DNA of 64,000 bases from Myxococcota bacterium (GCA_963674735.2 CAXXQS010000001.1:2208001-2272000); one strand, 5' to 3'. Counted from the first letter of the stretch, positions 36,895 to 47,075 are shown. A program made the numbers and translations. Notes: a model not told the origin generated them from the sequence alone.

Positions 36895-37545
36895 ATGGAA
36901 AAAACCCGACATCTCCGACGAAAATCGGATGCGCGTATGTTTGTCGAGGCTCGGGATTGGCTGGCGTTGGAGCAATGGACCCGCAATACATCCAATGTCG
37001 GCGCAACCCTGATCTCGTTGCTCTTCGACGAAAACCCGTTGTCACGTTGGCGCGCCGTTGAGGCCATGGGAGTCGCATCGCGCGTTATAGCCGACACCAG
37101 CCTGGAAAAAGTTCGACGGGTTATCCGCCGCTTGATCTGGCAAATGAACGACGAATCAGGTGGAGTCATCTGGAATGCTCCTGAAAGCCTGGGAGAAATT
37201 CTGGCATGCGTGCCGGAATTGGCCCCGGAATACAATCGCATTCTGGCCTATTACCTTTACACCTCGCCTTTCGAGCGCGGCGTGCACTGGGGCATGGCTC
37301 GAATTTGCGAAGTCACCCCGGAAATATACAACGATTACACACCCATGCTGGTCGGCTCCCTGCGCGACGAAGACCCCTTCATCCGTTACCAGGCGGCCAG
37401 AGCCCTGGTAAACGTGGGTAACGAAGAAGGATTGACCGCCCTTCAGCGTCTTGCAAACGACGAAAACAAGGTGAAAATGTACGATCGAACAACCGGCGAA
37501 TTCGGTGTTTTCCCGGTCAATTCGGCACTGCTTACGAAGGGATGA
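36895..37545 (+). CDS. HEAT/PBS-lyase repeat protein (DVU0298-like)
   Basis: WRAVEAMG, RRLIWQMNDESGGVIWNAPESLGEI, LRDEDPFIRYQAARAL. Confidence 0.7.
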   Translation: MEKTRHLRRKSDARMFVEARDWLALEQWTRNTSNVGATLISLLFDENPLSRWRAVEAMGVASRVIADTSLEKVRRVIRRLIWQMNDESGGVIWNAPESLGEILACVPELAPEYNRILAYYLYTSPFERGVHWGMARICEVTPEIYNDYTPMLVGSLRDEDPFIRYQAARALVNVGNEEGLTALQRLANDENKVKMYDRTTGEFGVFPVNSALLTKG

Positions 37546-37576
37546 AAAGGGAGTGATAAATTCTAACATTTTTTAA

Positions 37577-37604
37577 TTGCATTTTCCCTTTTTCCGGGTA
37601 TACT
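37577..37604 (+). promoter_or_regulatory. Putative sigma70 promoter of the tRNA
   Basis: TTGCAT-N16-TATACT about 20 nt before the tRNA. Confidence 0.55.
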
Positions 37605-37623
37605 TCGGACCCTGCTTCGTGCT

Positions 37624-37698
37624 GGGCCTATAGCTCAGTGGTAGAGCTCCCGGCTCATAACCGGTTGGTCCCAGGTTCGAATCCTGGTGGGCCCACCA
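37624..37698 (+). tRNA. tRNA with CAT anticodon, most likely tRNA-Ile2 (lysidine)
   Basis: GGGCCTA/TGGGCCC acceptor stem, TAGCTCAGTGGTAGAGC D-arm, CCGG-CTCATAA-CCGG anticodon arm, GGTTCGAATCC T-arm, encoded CCA; lacks the initiator GGG/CCC anticodon stem. Confidence 0.93.
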
Positions 37699-37778
37699 TC
37701 TTTTTCATGGCGTTTGCAAGGTGATAATCGGCTTGGAGTGCAGTTCCCGCTATCGCAAATTCGCAACGACACCAAACC

Positions 37779-37813
37779 AGACGCTTGGCGCCCTACACCA
37801 AGCGTCTTTTTTT
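37779..37813 (+). terminator. Intrinsic terminator downstream of the tRNA
   Basis: AGACGCTTGG-loop-CCAAGCGTCT followed by TTTTTT. Confidence 0.75.
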
Positions 37814-38054
37814 GTTGCCCGATACACCCAAGCTTCAGAAAGCGCCATGAAGCTGAAATCACAGGAACTTTCGACGACCATCAAGCAACGGACACTCGGC
37901 ATATCCCCACGTCGGCTCGCTCACTCAGCGAAGCTGCAACCGCCAAACGGGACAAAGGGCTATCCGACTCCGACCTTGATATCCGGATTGTTGAAAACGG
38001 TTTGATTCTGCCCGCCTAGGCGGGCGTTTAGAGATTGCACGCGGAGGCGAACGC

Positions 38055-38804
38055 ATGTCTACACCCCTCAAAGACGGCCCAAATTCGATCCAACACCAAC
38101 TGATGCTCCTGGTTGAGCTGCAAGAACTCGACAACGAAATCATCGAGTTCGAGGAAGAGCGCGACAAGATTCCCGGACAACTCGAAGGCCTGGAAGACGT
38201 TTTGCATGAACGCCGCAAGAAACTCGAAGAAGTCGAGAATCGGATGGTGATCATCGAAGATGACCTAGGAGAAAAGAAACAGTCCTTGGATCTTGAGCGA
38301 CTCAAGCTCAAAAACACCCGCAACAAAGAAACTGCCATTCAAAACATCAAGCAGTACGAGGCTTTCGTCAAAGAAGTCGAAACCCAGGAAAAAACCAGCG
38401 ACGAGTTGGAAATCGAGTTGAAAGAACTCGACCAGCAAATCGAGGAACTGCGCAAAGAAAAGGCTCTTTTAAGCGAAGAAATCAAGCAAATCACCGAAGA
38501 TCAGGCGGCGAAACGCAGAGGATTGGAAGAACGGATCGTCGAGTTGGATAAAACCCTCGAAGAATTGTATGACCTGCGCGATGAAAAGCAGGAAAACATC
38601 CGTGAAAGCATCTACTTGAAATACGAGTATATCGCAGAACGCAAAGAAGGGCTCGCCGTTGCCGAGGTTCAACATGGACACTGCCTCGCTTGCAACATGG
38701 CAATCCCCCCTCAGATGTTCAACGAGCTGATTCGAGGCAACCAGCTAATGAGCTGCCCGGCTTGTGGACGCATTCTCGTCTACATTGAACAAAACAACGA
38801 GTGA
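38055..38804 (+). CDS. Coiled-coil protein with C4-type zinc ribbon (DUF164/CT398-like)
   Basis: LQELD..long coiled coil; CLACNM..PPQ..CPACGRIL. Confidence 0.88.
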   Translation: MSTPLKDGPNSIQHQLMLLVELQELDNEIIEFEEERDKIPGQLEGLEDVLHERRKKLEEVENRMVIIEDDLGEKKQSLDLERLKLKNTRNKETAIQNIKQYEAFVKEVETQEKTSDELEIELKELDQQIEELRKEKALLSEEIKQITEDQAAKRRGLEERIVELDKTLEELYDLRDEKQENIRESIYLKYEYIAERKEGLAVAEVQHGHCLACNMAIPPQMFNELIRGNQLMSCPACGRILVYIEQNNE

Positions 38805-38805
38805 T

Positions 38806-38847
38806 CCTTAAAAAAGCCTTCCGCAACCACGGAAGGCTTTTTTAAGG
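38806..38847. terminator. Bidirectional terminator
   Basis: Perfect 18-bp inverted repeat CCTTAAAAAAGCCTTCCG/CGGAAGGCTTTTTTAAGG between convergent genes. Confidence 0.85.
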
Positions 38848-38870
38848 TCTTGAATTTTCCAGCGCAATCG

Positions 38871-39938
38871 TCAGTCTGTCGCGCCCAACACTTGCCGACT
38901 GATCCGGCCTGCGAGTTTTCCCGCCGCATCGACGAAGATCTTCGCATATTCCGAGTCCGGATGCTCCACCACAGCAGGAACGCCCTTGTCTCCTCCGGCA
39001 CTGATATCCCGATGAATGGGCAGTTGGCCGAGGAGTTCGAGTCCCATCTCCTCTGCCATTTTACGTCCGCCGCCACCAGGGAATATTTCGTGCACGGTTT
39101 TACAATCCGGGCAGACAAACGTGCTCATATTCTCGATAACCCCAAAAACCGGGACGCCGACTTTATCGAACATGTATTTGGCCCGATACACATCAGCCAA
39201 CGCCACATCCTGGGGCGTTGTCACGAGGATCGCGCCGGTCGCCTTGATCTTCTGGCACAATGTGAGCTGCACATCACCGGTTCCCGGCGGCAGATCGACG
39301 ATCAGGTAATCCAACTCGCCCCACTCCACATCTCTCAAAAACTGGGTGATGAGGCTGGACAACATCGGACCTCGCCAGATCACCGGAGCATGACGCTCGG
39401 TGAGAAACCCGACCGACATCACCTTCAAATCGGCAACATCGATCGGCTTGATCATTTCCTTGCCTTCAACGGCGTCGGGTCGAACATCCAAAGCTCCGAG
39501 CATGGTCGGCAGCGACGGACCATACACATCGGCGTCCATCAACCCGACACTCGCACCCGACTTACGAAGCGCACAAGCCAAGTTGAGCGCCACGGTCGAT
39601 TTTCCGACCCCCCCCTTCCCCGACGCGACCAGAATCACGTTTTTCACCTGGGGAATGAGGTTTTCCTCTCCAGCCTGCCGGCCATCGGGACGTACACGGG
39701 CTCCAAGATTGACCGTAACGGAATCGACACCGGGAACCGCTTTGACGGCCTCTTCGCAATCATGGCGAATGGTGTCCTTGAGCGGACAAGCCGGGGTGGT
39801 CAATTCCACGGTGAAGCTCACCGCCGCATCCTGCACGACGACATCGCGGATCATGCCAAGACTAACCAGATCACGTTTCAATTCGGGGTCATTGACGTGT
39901 GAGAGCGCGTCGAGAATCTGCTTTTCCGTTACCGACAT
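38871..39938 (-). CDS. apbC: Mrp/ApbC (NBP35) Fe-S cluster carrier ATPase
   Basis: DPEL..LTTPACP, SGKGGVGKST, DADVYGPS, DLPPGTGD, ENMS..CPDC. Confidence 0.93.
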   Translation of the reverse strand: MSVTEKQILDALSHVNDPELKRDLVSLGMIRDVVVQDAAVSFTVELTTPACPLKDTIRHDCEEAVKAVPGVDSVTVNLGARVRPDGRQAGEENLIPQVKNVILVASGKGGVGKSTVALNLACALRKSGASVGLMDADVYGPSLPTMLGALDVRPDAVEGKEMIKPIDVADLKVMSVGFLTERHAPVIWRGPMLSSLITQFLRDVEWGELDYLIVDLPPGTGDVQLTLCQKIKATGAILVTTPQDVALADVYRAKYMFDKVGVPVFGVIENMSTFVCPDCKTVHEIFPGGGGRKMAEEMGLELLGQLPIHRDISAGGDKGVPAVVEHPDSEYAKIFVDAAGKLAGRISRQVLGATD

Positions 39939-40007
39939 GAGGATACCCTTTCCTACGAATCGTGATAGTTCAACGTGCCATCATTAAGCGGCTTTTCAAG
40001 ATCGAAT

Positions 40008-41060
40008 TCAGGCTTTAGCGACTTTCTCCACGGGAGCGGATTTACTATCAGTGGATTTGACAGCTGCCGCCTTCGTGCTTTTCTTTTTGGAGGCAGCCTT
40101 GGTTTTTTTTGTTCCGGTTGTTTTAGCTTTGGCCGAGCTCTTTCGGGTCGTTTTTTTAGTCGTCTTCTTGGCGGTTTTAGCCGCTATCGTTTCCACGCGC
40201 GGTCGTACCCGTTCATTGAGGAATTTTTCGATTCGTAGATGGATATACTCCGGCATTTCAATCGGGGCCGTGTGGCTACCGCCGGGGATCATCAGCAATT
40301 CACCGCCGGGAATCAATCCCTGCATCTCATGGGAAAGCCACATGGGAGTGAAGGTATCGCGCTCGCCACCAATGATAACGACAGGAACCTTGATATTCGG
40401 CAAATGCGGCTTGGCGCTATGCTGTTGTGCAGCAGCCAACATCGAGGCAAATAGATTGACATCCATTTTCCCGATATGCTCGAAGTACGGGGTGAAATCG
40501 TTCCGATTGACCAGCTTTCCATTTACTTCCATGTGGACGGCGATCTGGTAGGCAAGTTCACTCGTCGTAATAATCGTCCAAACCTTCTGAAGCACGTCCG
40601 TATGCGAATCAATGGCGCTTTTCAAGTAGGGGAAGACGGTTTTCAGCAACTTATTGTCATGGAACGTGTCGAGTGGATTGCCGTAACTCCCGCAGATCGG
40701 TACAAGCCCGCAAACTTTTTCCGGGTACAGATGAGCCATCTCGAACACCACCTGCACACCCATGCTATGACCAACCATAACCACCGGCGGAAGATCGAGG
40801 AAATCGAACAGCTTCGCCAGATCGTGGCAGGAATCTTCGATACCAAGATGATCCATCGTGCGCGGCATGTCGGAACGACCGTGTCCCTTGTAATTCCAGT
40901 GCACGATCTTGTAATTTTTTTCGAAATACGGGATGAAATATTTCCAGGCGTAGCCCTCACAGCCGATGCCGTCATTCAACACCAACGGAATTTCACCGTC
41001 TCCCATTACGCGGTAATACAGCTGCGTGCCATCCGCACCTTCAAACCAACCTTCTTTCAT
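40008..41060 (-). CDS. Alpha/beta hydrolase with Lys/Ala/Thr-rich C-terminal tail
   Basis: GHGRS, GHSMG nucleophile, GERD, GGSHT. Confidence 0.85.
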   Translation of the reverse strand: MKEGWFEGADGTQLYYRVMGDGEIPLVLNDGIGCEGYAWKYFIPYFEKNYKIVHWNYKGHGRSDMPRTMDHLGIEDSCHDLAKLFDFLDLPPVVMVGHSMGVQVVFEMAHLYPEKVCGLVPICGSYGNPLDTFHDNKLLKTVFPYLKSAIDSHTDVLQKVWTIITTSELAYQIAVHMEVNGKLVNRNDFTPYFEHIGKMDVNLFASMLAAAQQHSAKPHLPNIKVPVVIIGGERDTFTPMWLSHEMQGLIPGGELLMIPGGSHTAPIEMPEYIHLRIEKFLNERVRPRVETIAAKTAKKTTKKTTRKSSAKAKTTGTKKTKAASKKKSTKAAAVKSTDSKSAPVEKVAKA

Positions 41061-41074
41061 CCCACATTCCTCCC

Positions 41075-43264
41075 TTACTCAGGACTGATGATTTCAGCCT
41101 CGCCGTCCTCGAACAACGTTTCGAGAAAATGATACACTTGTGCGCGCATGCGATCCCGATTCTCCGGATAGGTTCCGGAAAATACAGCCCCATGATCCAT
41201 CGGATCAAACTGCATATAGCCGATACGGCTTACCGGAGCCTCTGTAGGTGTCAGCCCTTCAACCGACCGCTGTACCGGCATAATATGGGGCAAGCTTGCG
41301 GCGCGCGCAAAGTTTTCCGTTACGGCATTCGGCACGGTCCCATCATCGATGGCCTGCTGCGATAAAACAGATTTCATCTGCGCACCATCAACCGGATTAT
41401 CGATGAACCGAGCATAATTCACCGAATCGCCTCCATCCAAAATCGTTTGGGCGACCGTCGCGTATTGATCCAGATAATGGTCCGGGAAAAGCGTATTGAG
41501 GCCGTAATCCTCCAGATAGCGCTGGACATAGTCAATCAGACCTCCACCACCTGCGATCAACGCTCCACCGATGATATATTTGGAAATGGGAACCGACAAC
41601 CCGCCGGAAATCGCACCCAGTGAGTGGCCGACATAAGCAACGCGCCCAGCATCGATGTCGATGGTTCCATCTCCGCCCGCCGGGTAGATGTCCAGATCCC
41701 AGTTGCCAAGCAGATTGGCAAGCTGAATGTGATCGACGGCAGACTGCATGAAGGCAGCGCGCGCCTTGAGCGGAAAAGCGATATCCACATAAGAAAGCCC
41801 GGAGTTGTTGCCGTCGTTACGCTCGCCATGATAAGGCAGATCCATCAGCACGGCCGCCCAGCCACGCGCCAGAAAGTCCGGAACGAGGCCTCGAACGCTT
41901 TCTTTACGAGAGTTGATTCCATGCTCTAAAATTACTACGGGGCAAGGTTGTGATGTCGCTTCCTTAGGAAGGTACAGCACGATGGGAACATCGATGGGAT
42001 TTTGCGGGAGCGGATCCCCGTTTTCATCGTACTCAAATGAACGCCGCCGGTTCGTATCCCACTCGACTTCGTATGGCAGTCGAAAATCCATGGAGGTAAA
42101 CGTGCCGTGCAACATCGCACCCAGGTTTGTTTCGCTGACATTGGCATTGGGAAATTCGGCGGGCCAGCTTGCGCTGGTGAAAAGATCTGCCGATCCGTCG
42201 TCATCGACATCGAAATCCACATCGGGGTCAGGCAAGGTACCATCGTCATACCAGTTCTGGATGGTCAGAAGGTCCGTCGTGAGAGTCTGGGTGGTAAAAT
42301 CGAAAGCCAGGACCAGGTCATCGAGCGCCACCCCGATCGGAGCTTGCGTCAACGCCGCCATCACCGGAGCGAAGCGCTCACGCTCGGCCTGGATCAAGTC
42401 GGCGCTGAAGGCCTCGGAATTCACCGGCAGGCGTCCCGAAACCATGCCGAAATGCACCGACGGCTCCAACTCGCTCCCCCCTGGGGCCGTCAGACCGCGC
42501 CGCACGACTACAACATAGCGGGTTTGCGGATCGAGCGGACGCAGCGGACGAACCGACACGGACCAGAACAGATGCTCGTGATCGTCCTTATCATCTTCAC
42601 CAAACTCGAAGCCTTCGGTTCGCTCCACTCGGATGGGAATGCGGGTGCCGAAATCGGAGGAACCCTCTTCCAATTGTACGAGCCAGATAGGGCTATCATC
42701 GGATACCGATTCTTCGGGCGTTTGGGGTAATGAGGCCGGATCGATATCGGGATAAACTTCGAACGTATTGATACCAAAGGTGGAAAAGCCATCCAGGGTG
42801 TTGATATGTTGTTGATAAATTTCACCCATGAAATACAACCCGGTATCGATCATATTGCTGTTGATGATCGGAACGCTGTAAGTCGGCTGTGCCAGTAGGT
42901 TGATGCGCAACCCGGTTTTCGCGGTGGAATCGGAGACCGTGAAGAAGTTATAGGGGAAAGGCAGCCGATTGTAGGGCTGTTTGCGCTGAACGGTCGTCGG
43001 TCCCCAAATTTCGTAAACAACCCGGTTTTCCGGTTCATCCGGCATTTCGAACTCAGGCTCGGTTTCCCCTTCAGTGGCATCCTCATCGCCGTCAAGTTCC
43101 GCCGTCTCGGCATCGTTTTCGACATCCACGTCGGAATCGCCATCGGTCCCGTCGGAATCGCCGTCCACGGGCGGATTGGAGTCATTTCCCGAACAGGCGA
43201 CTAAAAGCAGCAGAAAAGTCGCCAGCGCGACAAACATCTGCATCCATTTGCGGGTTCCGGCCAT
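41075..43264 (-). CDS. Lipoprotein alpha/beta hydrolase (extracellular lipase-like)
   Basis: Lipobox LLVAC, acidic DGD linker, LDGFST, HGIN, DLPYHG, GHSLG, DGTVPN, H near C-terminus. Confidence 0.75.
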   Translation of the reverse strand: MAGTRKWMQMFVALATFLLLLVACSGNDSNPPVDGDSDGTDGDSDVDVENDAETAELDGDEDATEGETEPEFEMPDEPENRVVYEIWGPTTVQRKQPYNRLPFPYNFFTVSDSTAKTGLRINLLAQPTYSVPIINSNMIDTGLYFMGEIYQQHINTLDGFSTFGINTFEVYPDIDPASLPQTPEESVSDDSPIWLVQLEEGSSDFGTRIPIRVERTEGFEFGEDDKDDHEHLFWSVSVRPLRPLDPQTRYVVVVRRGLTAPGGSELEPSVHFGMVSGRLPVNSEAFSADLIQAERERFAPVMAALTQAPIGVALDDLVLAFDFTTQTLTTDLLTIQNWYDDGTLPDPDVDFDVDDDGSADLFTSASWPAEFPNANVSETNLGAMLHGTFTSMDFRLPYEVEWDTNRRRSFEYDENGDPLPQNPIDVPIVLYLPKEATSQPCPVVILEHGINSRKESVRGLVPDFLARGWAAVLMDLPYHGERNDGNNSGLSYVDIAFPLKARAAFMQSAVDHIQLANLLGNWDLDIYPAGGDGTIDIDAGRVAYVGHSLGAISGGLSVPISKYIIGGALIAGGGGLIDYVQRYLEDYGLNTLFPDHYLDQYATVAQTILDGGDSVNYARFIDNPVDGAQMKSVLSQQAIDDGTVPNAVTENFARAASLPHIMPVQRSVEGLTPTEAPVSRIGYMQFDPMDHGAVFSGTYPENRDRMRAQVYHFLETLFEDGEAEIISPE

Positions 43265-43343
43265 GGTGTCCTCCTAACTAACTGACAGACTATCCGGTTT
43301 TATGATCGCAAAAGGCTTCGATATTCGCCGTTTCACGATTCGT

Positions 43344-45413
43344 TTACCCTTGCTCGGTTTGAAGTTGGCGAAAGTCCACGACGAGCGTAAACAGATCCGC
43401 CAGGCACGTCAACAACGCCAATCGGTTGTTTCGTATATTTGTATCTTTGTCCATGACAAGAACGTCGTCAAAGAAGCGATCGACTGCCGCTTTCAACTGC
43501 GCCAGCGACTCAAGCGCAGATCCGTAATTTCCCCCTGCAACCGCCTTTTCGTAAACGTCACGAACGTTCCGGTAGTCCGCCCAAAGCTCTTTCTCCGCCT
43601 CTTCCACGAACAGATCTGGAGCGACGGACACCTCGGGACGTTCTTTGAGGATGTTCATCACGCGCTTGAAGGCGGTGGCTAGCGACAAAAACTCCGGTTG
43701 TTTCTGAAAGTCCGCCAGAGCGGCCATCTTTGCATCTGCCTCTGGCAGAACATTGAAGTCGGCGGCGGTTACGGCAGCCACGATATCCTGACGGAAAGTG
43801 TCGCTGCGCCAGTTCCGATAGCGACCCTCGAAGAAAGCCAGAACATCGACCACAGTTTCTTCAAGACTCCGGGTTAATTTCGAAGCCAGAATGTCGGCAG
43901 CTCGCGCGACCCAGTCTTTCAGCGAAACTCGGTAGTCGCGATCGGCCAGCGTGCGCAGAATTCCGAGAGCCTGACGACGCAAGGCATAGGGATCGGCGGT
44001 TCCACTTGGGATCAAGCCCACCCCGAAACAGCCGACGATGGTATCCATTTTGTCCGCCAGCGCGACCAAGGCCGCCGTATCGCTTTGCGGAAGGGCGTCG
44101 GTGGCGAAGCGCGGCCAATAATGTTGCTCGACGGCCCGGCACACGCCCTCCGGCTCGCCATCCAACGCCGCGTAGATACGCCCCATCACACCTTGTAGAT
44201 CGGGAAATTCGTAAACGACTGCGCTTAATAGATCGGCCTTGCAGAGTGCGGTACTGCGTAACGCCTCGTCGAGAGATTTTTCAGCCACGCAATCGGCCAG
44301 ATAGCGCACCTGCTCCTGCATGCGCGCGACCTTCTCGGCAATGCTTCCCAGTCGTTCTTCAAACGTAACTTTTCCCAGCCCTGCCGTAAGCGATTCCAAC
44401 GATGACTTGCGATCTTCACCGTAAAAGAAACGCGCGTCCGCCAGACGGGCGCGCAACACACGCTGGTTACCGGCCACCACCACCGCGGGATCATCGACAC
44501 GGGTGTTGATGAACACGACGAAGCACGGCAACAGACGGCCGTCTTTGTCCTGCACCGGGAAATATTTCTGGTGGTGGATCATCGAGTTGACCAGAATCTC
44601 TTTCGGAACCGTGAGGAAATCGTCATCGAAACGCCCCACCTCCCCGAAAGGATACTCCACCAAATTGGCCACTTCTTCCACCAGATCTTCATCCAAAACC
44701 AATTCGCCGCCCGCTTCGGCGGCCAGCTCTTCCGCTTTGCGACGAATCATCAAACGCCGTTCGGCGATATCGGCCATCACAAAGCGTTCGCGCAATTCGG
44801 CAAAGAAAGTCTCGGAGTTCGTAACGACAAACGGCTGACCGTTCATGAAACGATGCCCACGGCTCTCGTTTCCGCTTGTCACTCCCGCAAAGCTGGCTGG
44901 AAGCACCTGCCCGCCTAAAATCGCCAGAATCCAATGCACCGGTCGAGCGAAGGTTTCATCATGGCTCCCCCAACGCATGGACTTGCGAAAGGGAATTTTC
45001 GGGATGACACGACCGATCGCCTGCGATAGAAGCTCGGCAGTCGCTTGTCCTTTCACCGACTTTGTTGCCTTGACACACAATCCCTTGGGGCCTTCGACAC
45101 GTTCGAGGCTTTCGACCGGCACCCCCTGCCCTTTGGCAAAGCCGATGGCCACCTTGGTCGGCTGATCGTCGGCGTCGAAACAGATAGCCACTTTCGGGCC
45201 CAATGTTTCTTCAACGCGATCGGGTTGCATGTCGGCGACATCCTGAATCACGATCCCCAGCCTGCGCGGGGTACCGAAAGGTTTGCAGGTGCCGAAGTCT
45301 ATGTGCAGATTCCGCAATTCGTCGCTGAACAGACGTTCAAGCGCGGTAAAGGCCGGTTCGATGAACCCAGCCGGAATTTCTTCACATCCGATTTCAAAAA
45401 TAAATTCCGCCAT
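43344..45413 (-). CDS. glyS: Glycine--tRNA ligase beta subunit
   Basis: EIGCEEIPA, TPRRL, MRWG..RPVHW, EFPDLQG, DPYALRR, NRLALL. Confidence 0.97.
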   Translation of the reverse strand: MAEFIFEIGCEEIPAGFIEPAFTALERLFSDELRNLHIDFGTCKPFGTPRRLGIVIQDVADMQPDRVEETLGPKVAICFDADDQPTKVAIGFAKGQGVPVESLERVEGPKGLCVKATKSVKGQATAELLSQAIGRVIPKIPFRKSMRWGSHDETFARPVHWILAILGGQVLPASFAGVTSGNESRGHRFMNGQPFVVTNSETFFAELRERFVMADIAERRLMIRRKAEELAAEAGGELVLDEDLVEEVANLVEYPFGEVGRFDDDFLTVPKEILVNSMIHHQKYFPVQDKDGRLLPCFVVFINTRVDDPAVVVAGNQRVLRARLADARFFYGEDRKSSLESLTAGLGKVTFEERLGSIAEKVARMQEQVRYLADCVAEKSLDEALRSTALCKADLLSAVVYEFPDLQGVMGRIYAALDGEPEGVCRAVEQHYWPRFATDALPQSDTAALVALADKMDTIVGCFGVGLIPSGTADPYALRRQALGILRTLADRDYRVSLKDWVARAADILASKLTRSLEETVVDVLAFFEGRYRNWRSDTFRQDIVAAVTAADFNVLPEADAKMAALADFQKQPEFLSLATAFKRVMNILKERPEVSVAPDLFVEEAEKELWADYRNVRDVYEKAVAGGNYGSALESLAQLKAAVDRFFDDVLVMDKDTNIRNNRLALLTCLADLFTLVVDFRQLQTEQG

Positions 45414-45425
45414 GGCGTCCTCGTC

Positions 45426-46397
45426 TCAGCCCTTCTTGCCGGTAGTTGAAGTTTTATCGCGGCGCTTCTGCAGGCGCTTGACGATCGGATCCCAATGCTT
45501 GGCCAGATGGGCGCGTTCCCCATCGGACAGTCCATTCATCAGTGGGTAGCCCATCTCATGGCGCTGCAAGACGATGCCCTCGGCGCACAGGCGTGACAGT
45601 TTGCGGACCCGAGCGATGTATTGCTGTCGCTCGGTCACCGAAATGGCGTTCCGCGCATCCAGCATATTGAACGCATGCGAACATTTCAGGCAGTAATCGT
45701 AAGCCGGAAGGGACAGTCCATCAGTGGCCAGCCGCAAGGATTCCTCCTCGAACTGGCTGAACAATTTGAACTGCAGGTCCACATCGGCTTCATCGAAATT
45801 ATAGCGGCTCCAGTCCACTTCGTCCTGGTGATGCACCTGGCCGTAACTGACGCCTTCGCTCCATTTCAGATCGTAGACGCTATCCACATTCTGAATATAC
45901 ATGGCGATGCGCTCGATGCCGTAGGTCAATTCCGCCGTCACCGGTTTGAGGTCGATCCCGCCAACCTGCTGGAAGTAGGTGAACTGCGTGATTTCCATGC
46001 CATCGATCCAGACTTCCCAACCCAGTCCCCAGGCACCCAGGGTCGGAGATTCCCAGTCGTCTTCGACGAAGCGGATATCGTGCTGTTTGGGGTCGATACC
46101 GAAGCTTTTCAGGCTCTCCAGGTAGAGTTCCTGGATATTGTCCGGCGATGGCTTCATCACCACCTGGTACTGGTAATACCGTTGCAGACGATTGGGGTTT
46201 TCGCCATAACGGCCGTCGGTAGGACGCCGCGACGGTTCGACATAGGCCGCACTCCAGGGCTCGGGCCCCAGCACGCGGGCAAAGGTATGCGGATTGAAGG
46301 TGCCCGCTCCGGTCTCCACATCATGGGGCTGGACAATCAGGCAACCATGCTCACCCCAAAACTTCTGCAAGGCGAGAATCAGTTCTTGAAACGTCAC
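45426..46397 (-). CDS. glyQ: Glycine--tRNA ligase alpha subunit
   Basis: [41 protein letters not shown]. Confidence 0.98.
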   Translation of the reverse strand: MTFQELILALQKFWGEHGCLIVQPHDVETGAGTFNPHTFARVLGPEPWSAAYVEPSRRPTDGRYGENPNRLQRYYQYQVVMKPSPDNIQELYLESLKSFGIDPKQHDIRFVEDDWESPTLGAWGLGWEVWIDGMEITQFTYFQQVGGIDLKPVTAELTYGIERIAMYIQNVDSVYDLKWSEGVSYGQVHHQDEVDWSRYNFDEADVDLQFKLFSQFEEESLRLATDGLSLPAYDYCLKCSHAFNMLDARNAISVTERQQYIARVRKLSRLCAEGIVLQRHEMGYPLMNGLSDGERAHLAKHWDPIVKRLQKRRDKTSTTGKKG

Positions 46398-46502
46398 GGA
46401 TTATCCTTTCTCAACACAGACGGAGTCCGACAATAATCCGGCACCGTAGCATGACGCATGGCGTCGGTCAAGATATTGCCTACACACATATTTCCGATTT
46501 TG

Positions 46503-47069
46503 TCAGCCTTTTTCCAGCCGCCGACGAAGTCGCTGCATGAAGCTGAGATTGATCAGATTGATGAGAATATGGCAAACGATCGGACCGGCCAGCGTACCGG
46601 TTATCTCGAAATAATAGCCGATCACCCCACCCAGAACAAGAGCGGAAAGCGTCCAGGGCATAAACGCCAAACTGGGACCAATGTGCATCAAACCGAAAAT
46701 CAACGTCGTCAGGGCCAATCCGAGGGTGGGCTGCATCGCTCCACGAAAAAGGGCCTCTTCACAAACACCGGAAAGAACGGCCAGAACCAGAATATCCAAA
46801 GTACGTAACGGACCCAAAAGACGGATGAATTCGAGTTCCATCCGTCGGGCCCACTCGAAATAGACGGAAGCCAATTGCGAAAGCACCACGACGGCAATCG
46901 CCGTTGCCGCACCCAACCCGAGGCCTTTCAAAATGGGCAGATGATTCGCGCTCTGCCAATCGGGATGCACGAAGGGATTCAGATCCCCGCGCAACCAAGT
47001 CCACACCCAGGCAGCCGCGAGCAATCCCAAGTAAAACAAGACAACCGTTTTCAGTTTAATACGAGGCAT
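46503..47069 (-). CDS. CPBP (Abi/CAAX) intramembrane metalloprotease
   Basis: EEALFRG, FGLMH, H..IN motifs; TM helices. Confidence 0.85.
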   Translation of the reverse strand: MPRIKLKTVVLFYLGLLAAAWVWTWLRGDLNPFVHPDWQSANHLPILKGLGLGAATAIAVVVLSQLASVYFEWARRMELEFIRLLGPLRTLDILVLAVLSGVCEEALFRGAMQPTLGLALTTLIFGLMHIGPSLAFMPWTLSALVLGGVIGYYFEITGTLAGPIVCHILINLINLSFMQRLRRRLEKG

Positions 47070-47075
47070 CGACGT

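Noticed and set aside
37624-37698. tRNA-Met (initiator) call or prophage attachment site
   Set aside because: Lacks initiator features (paired 1-72, no GGG/CCC anticodon stem); no integrase or duplicated tRNA end found
38850-39902. 350-aa plus-strand ORF
   Set aside because: Antisense shadow of mrp/apbC
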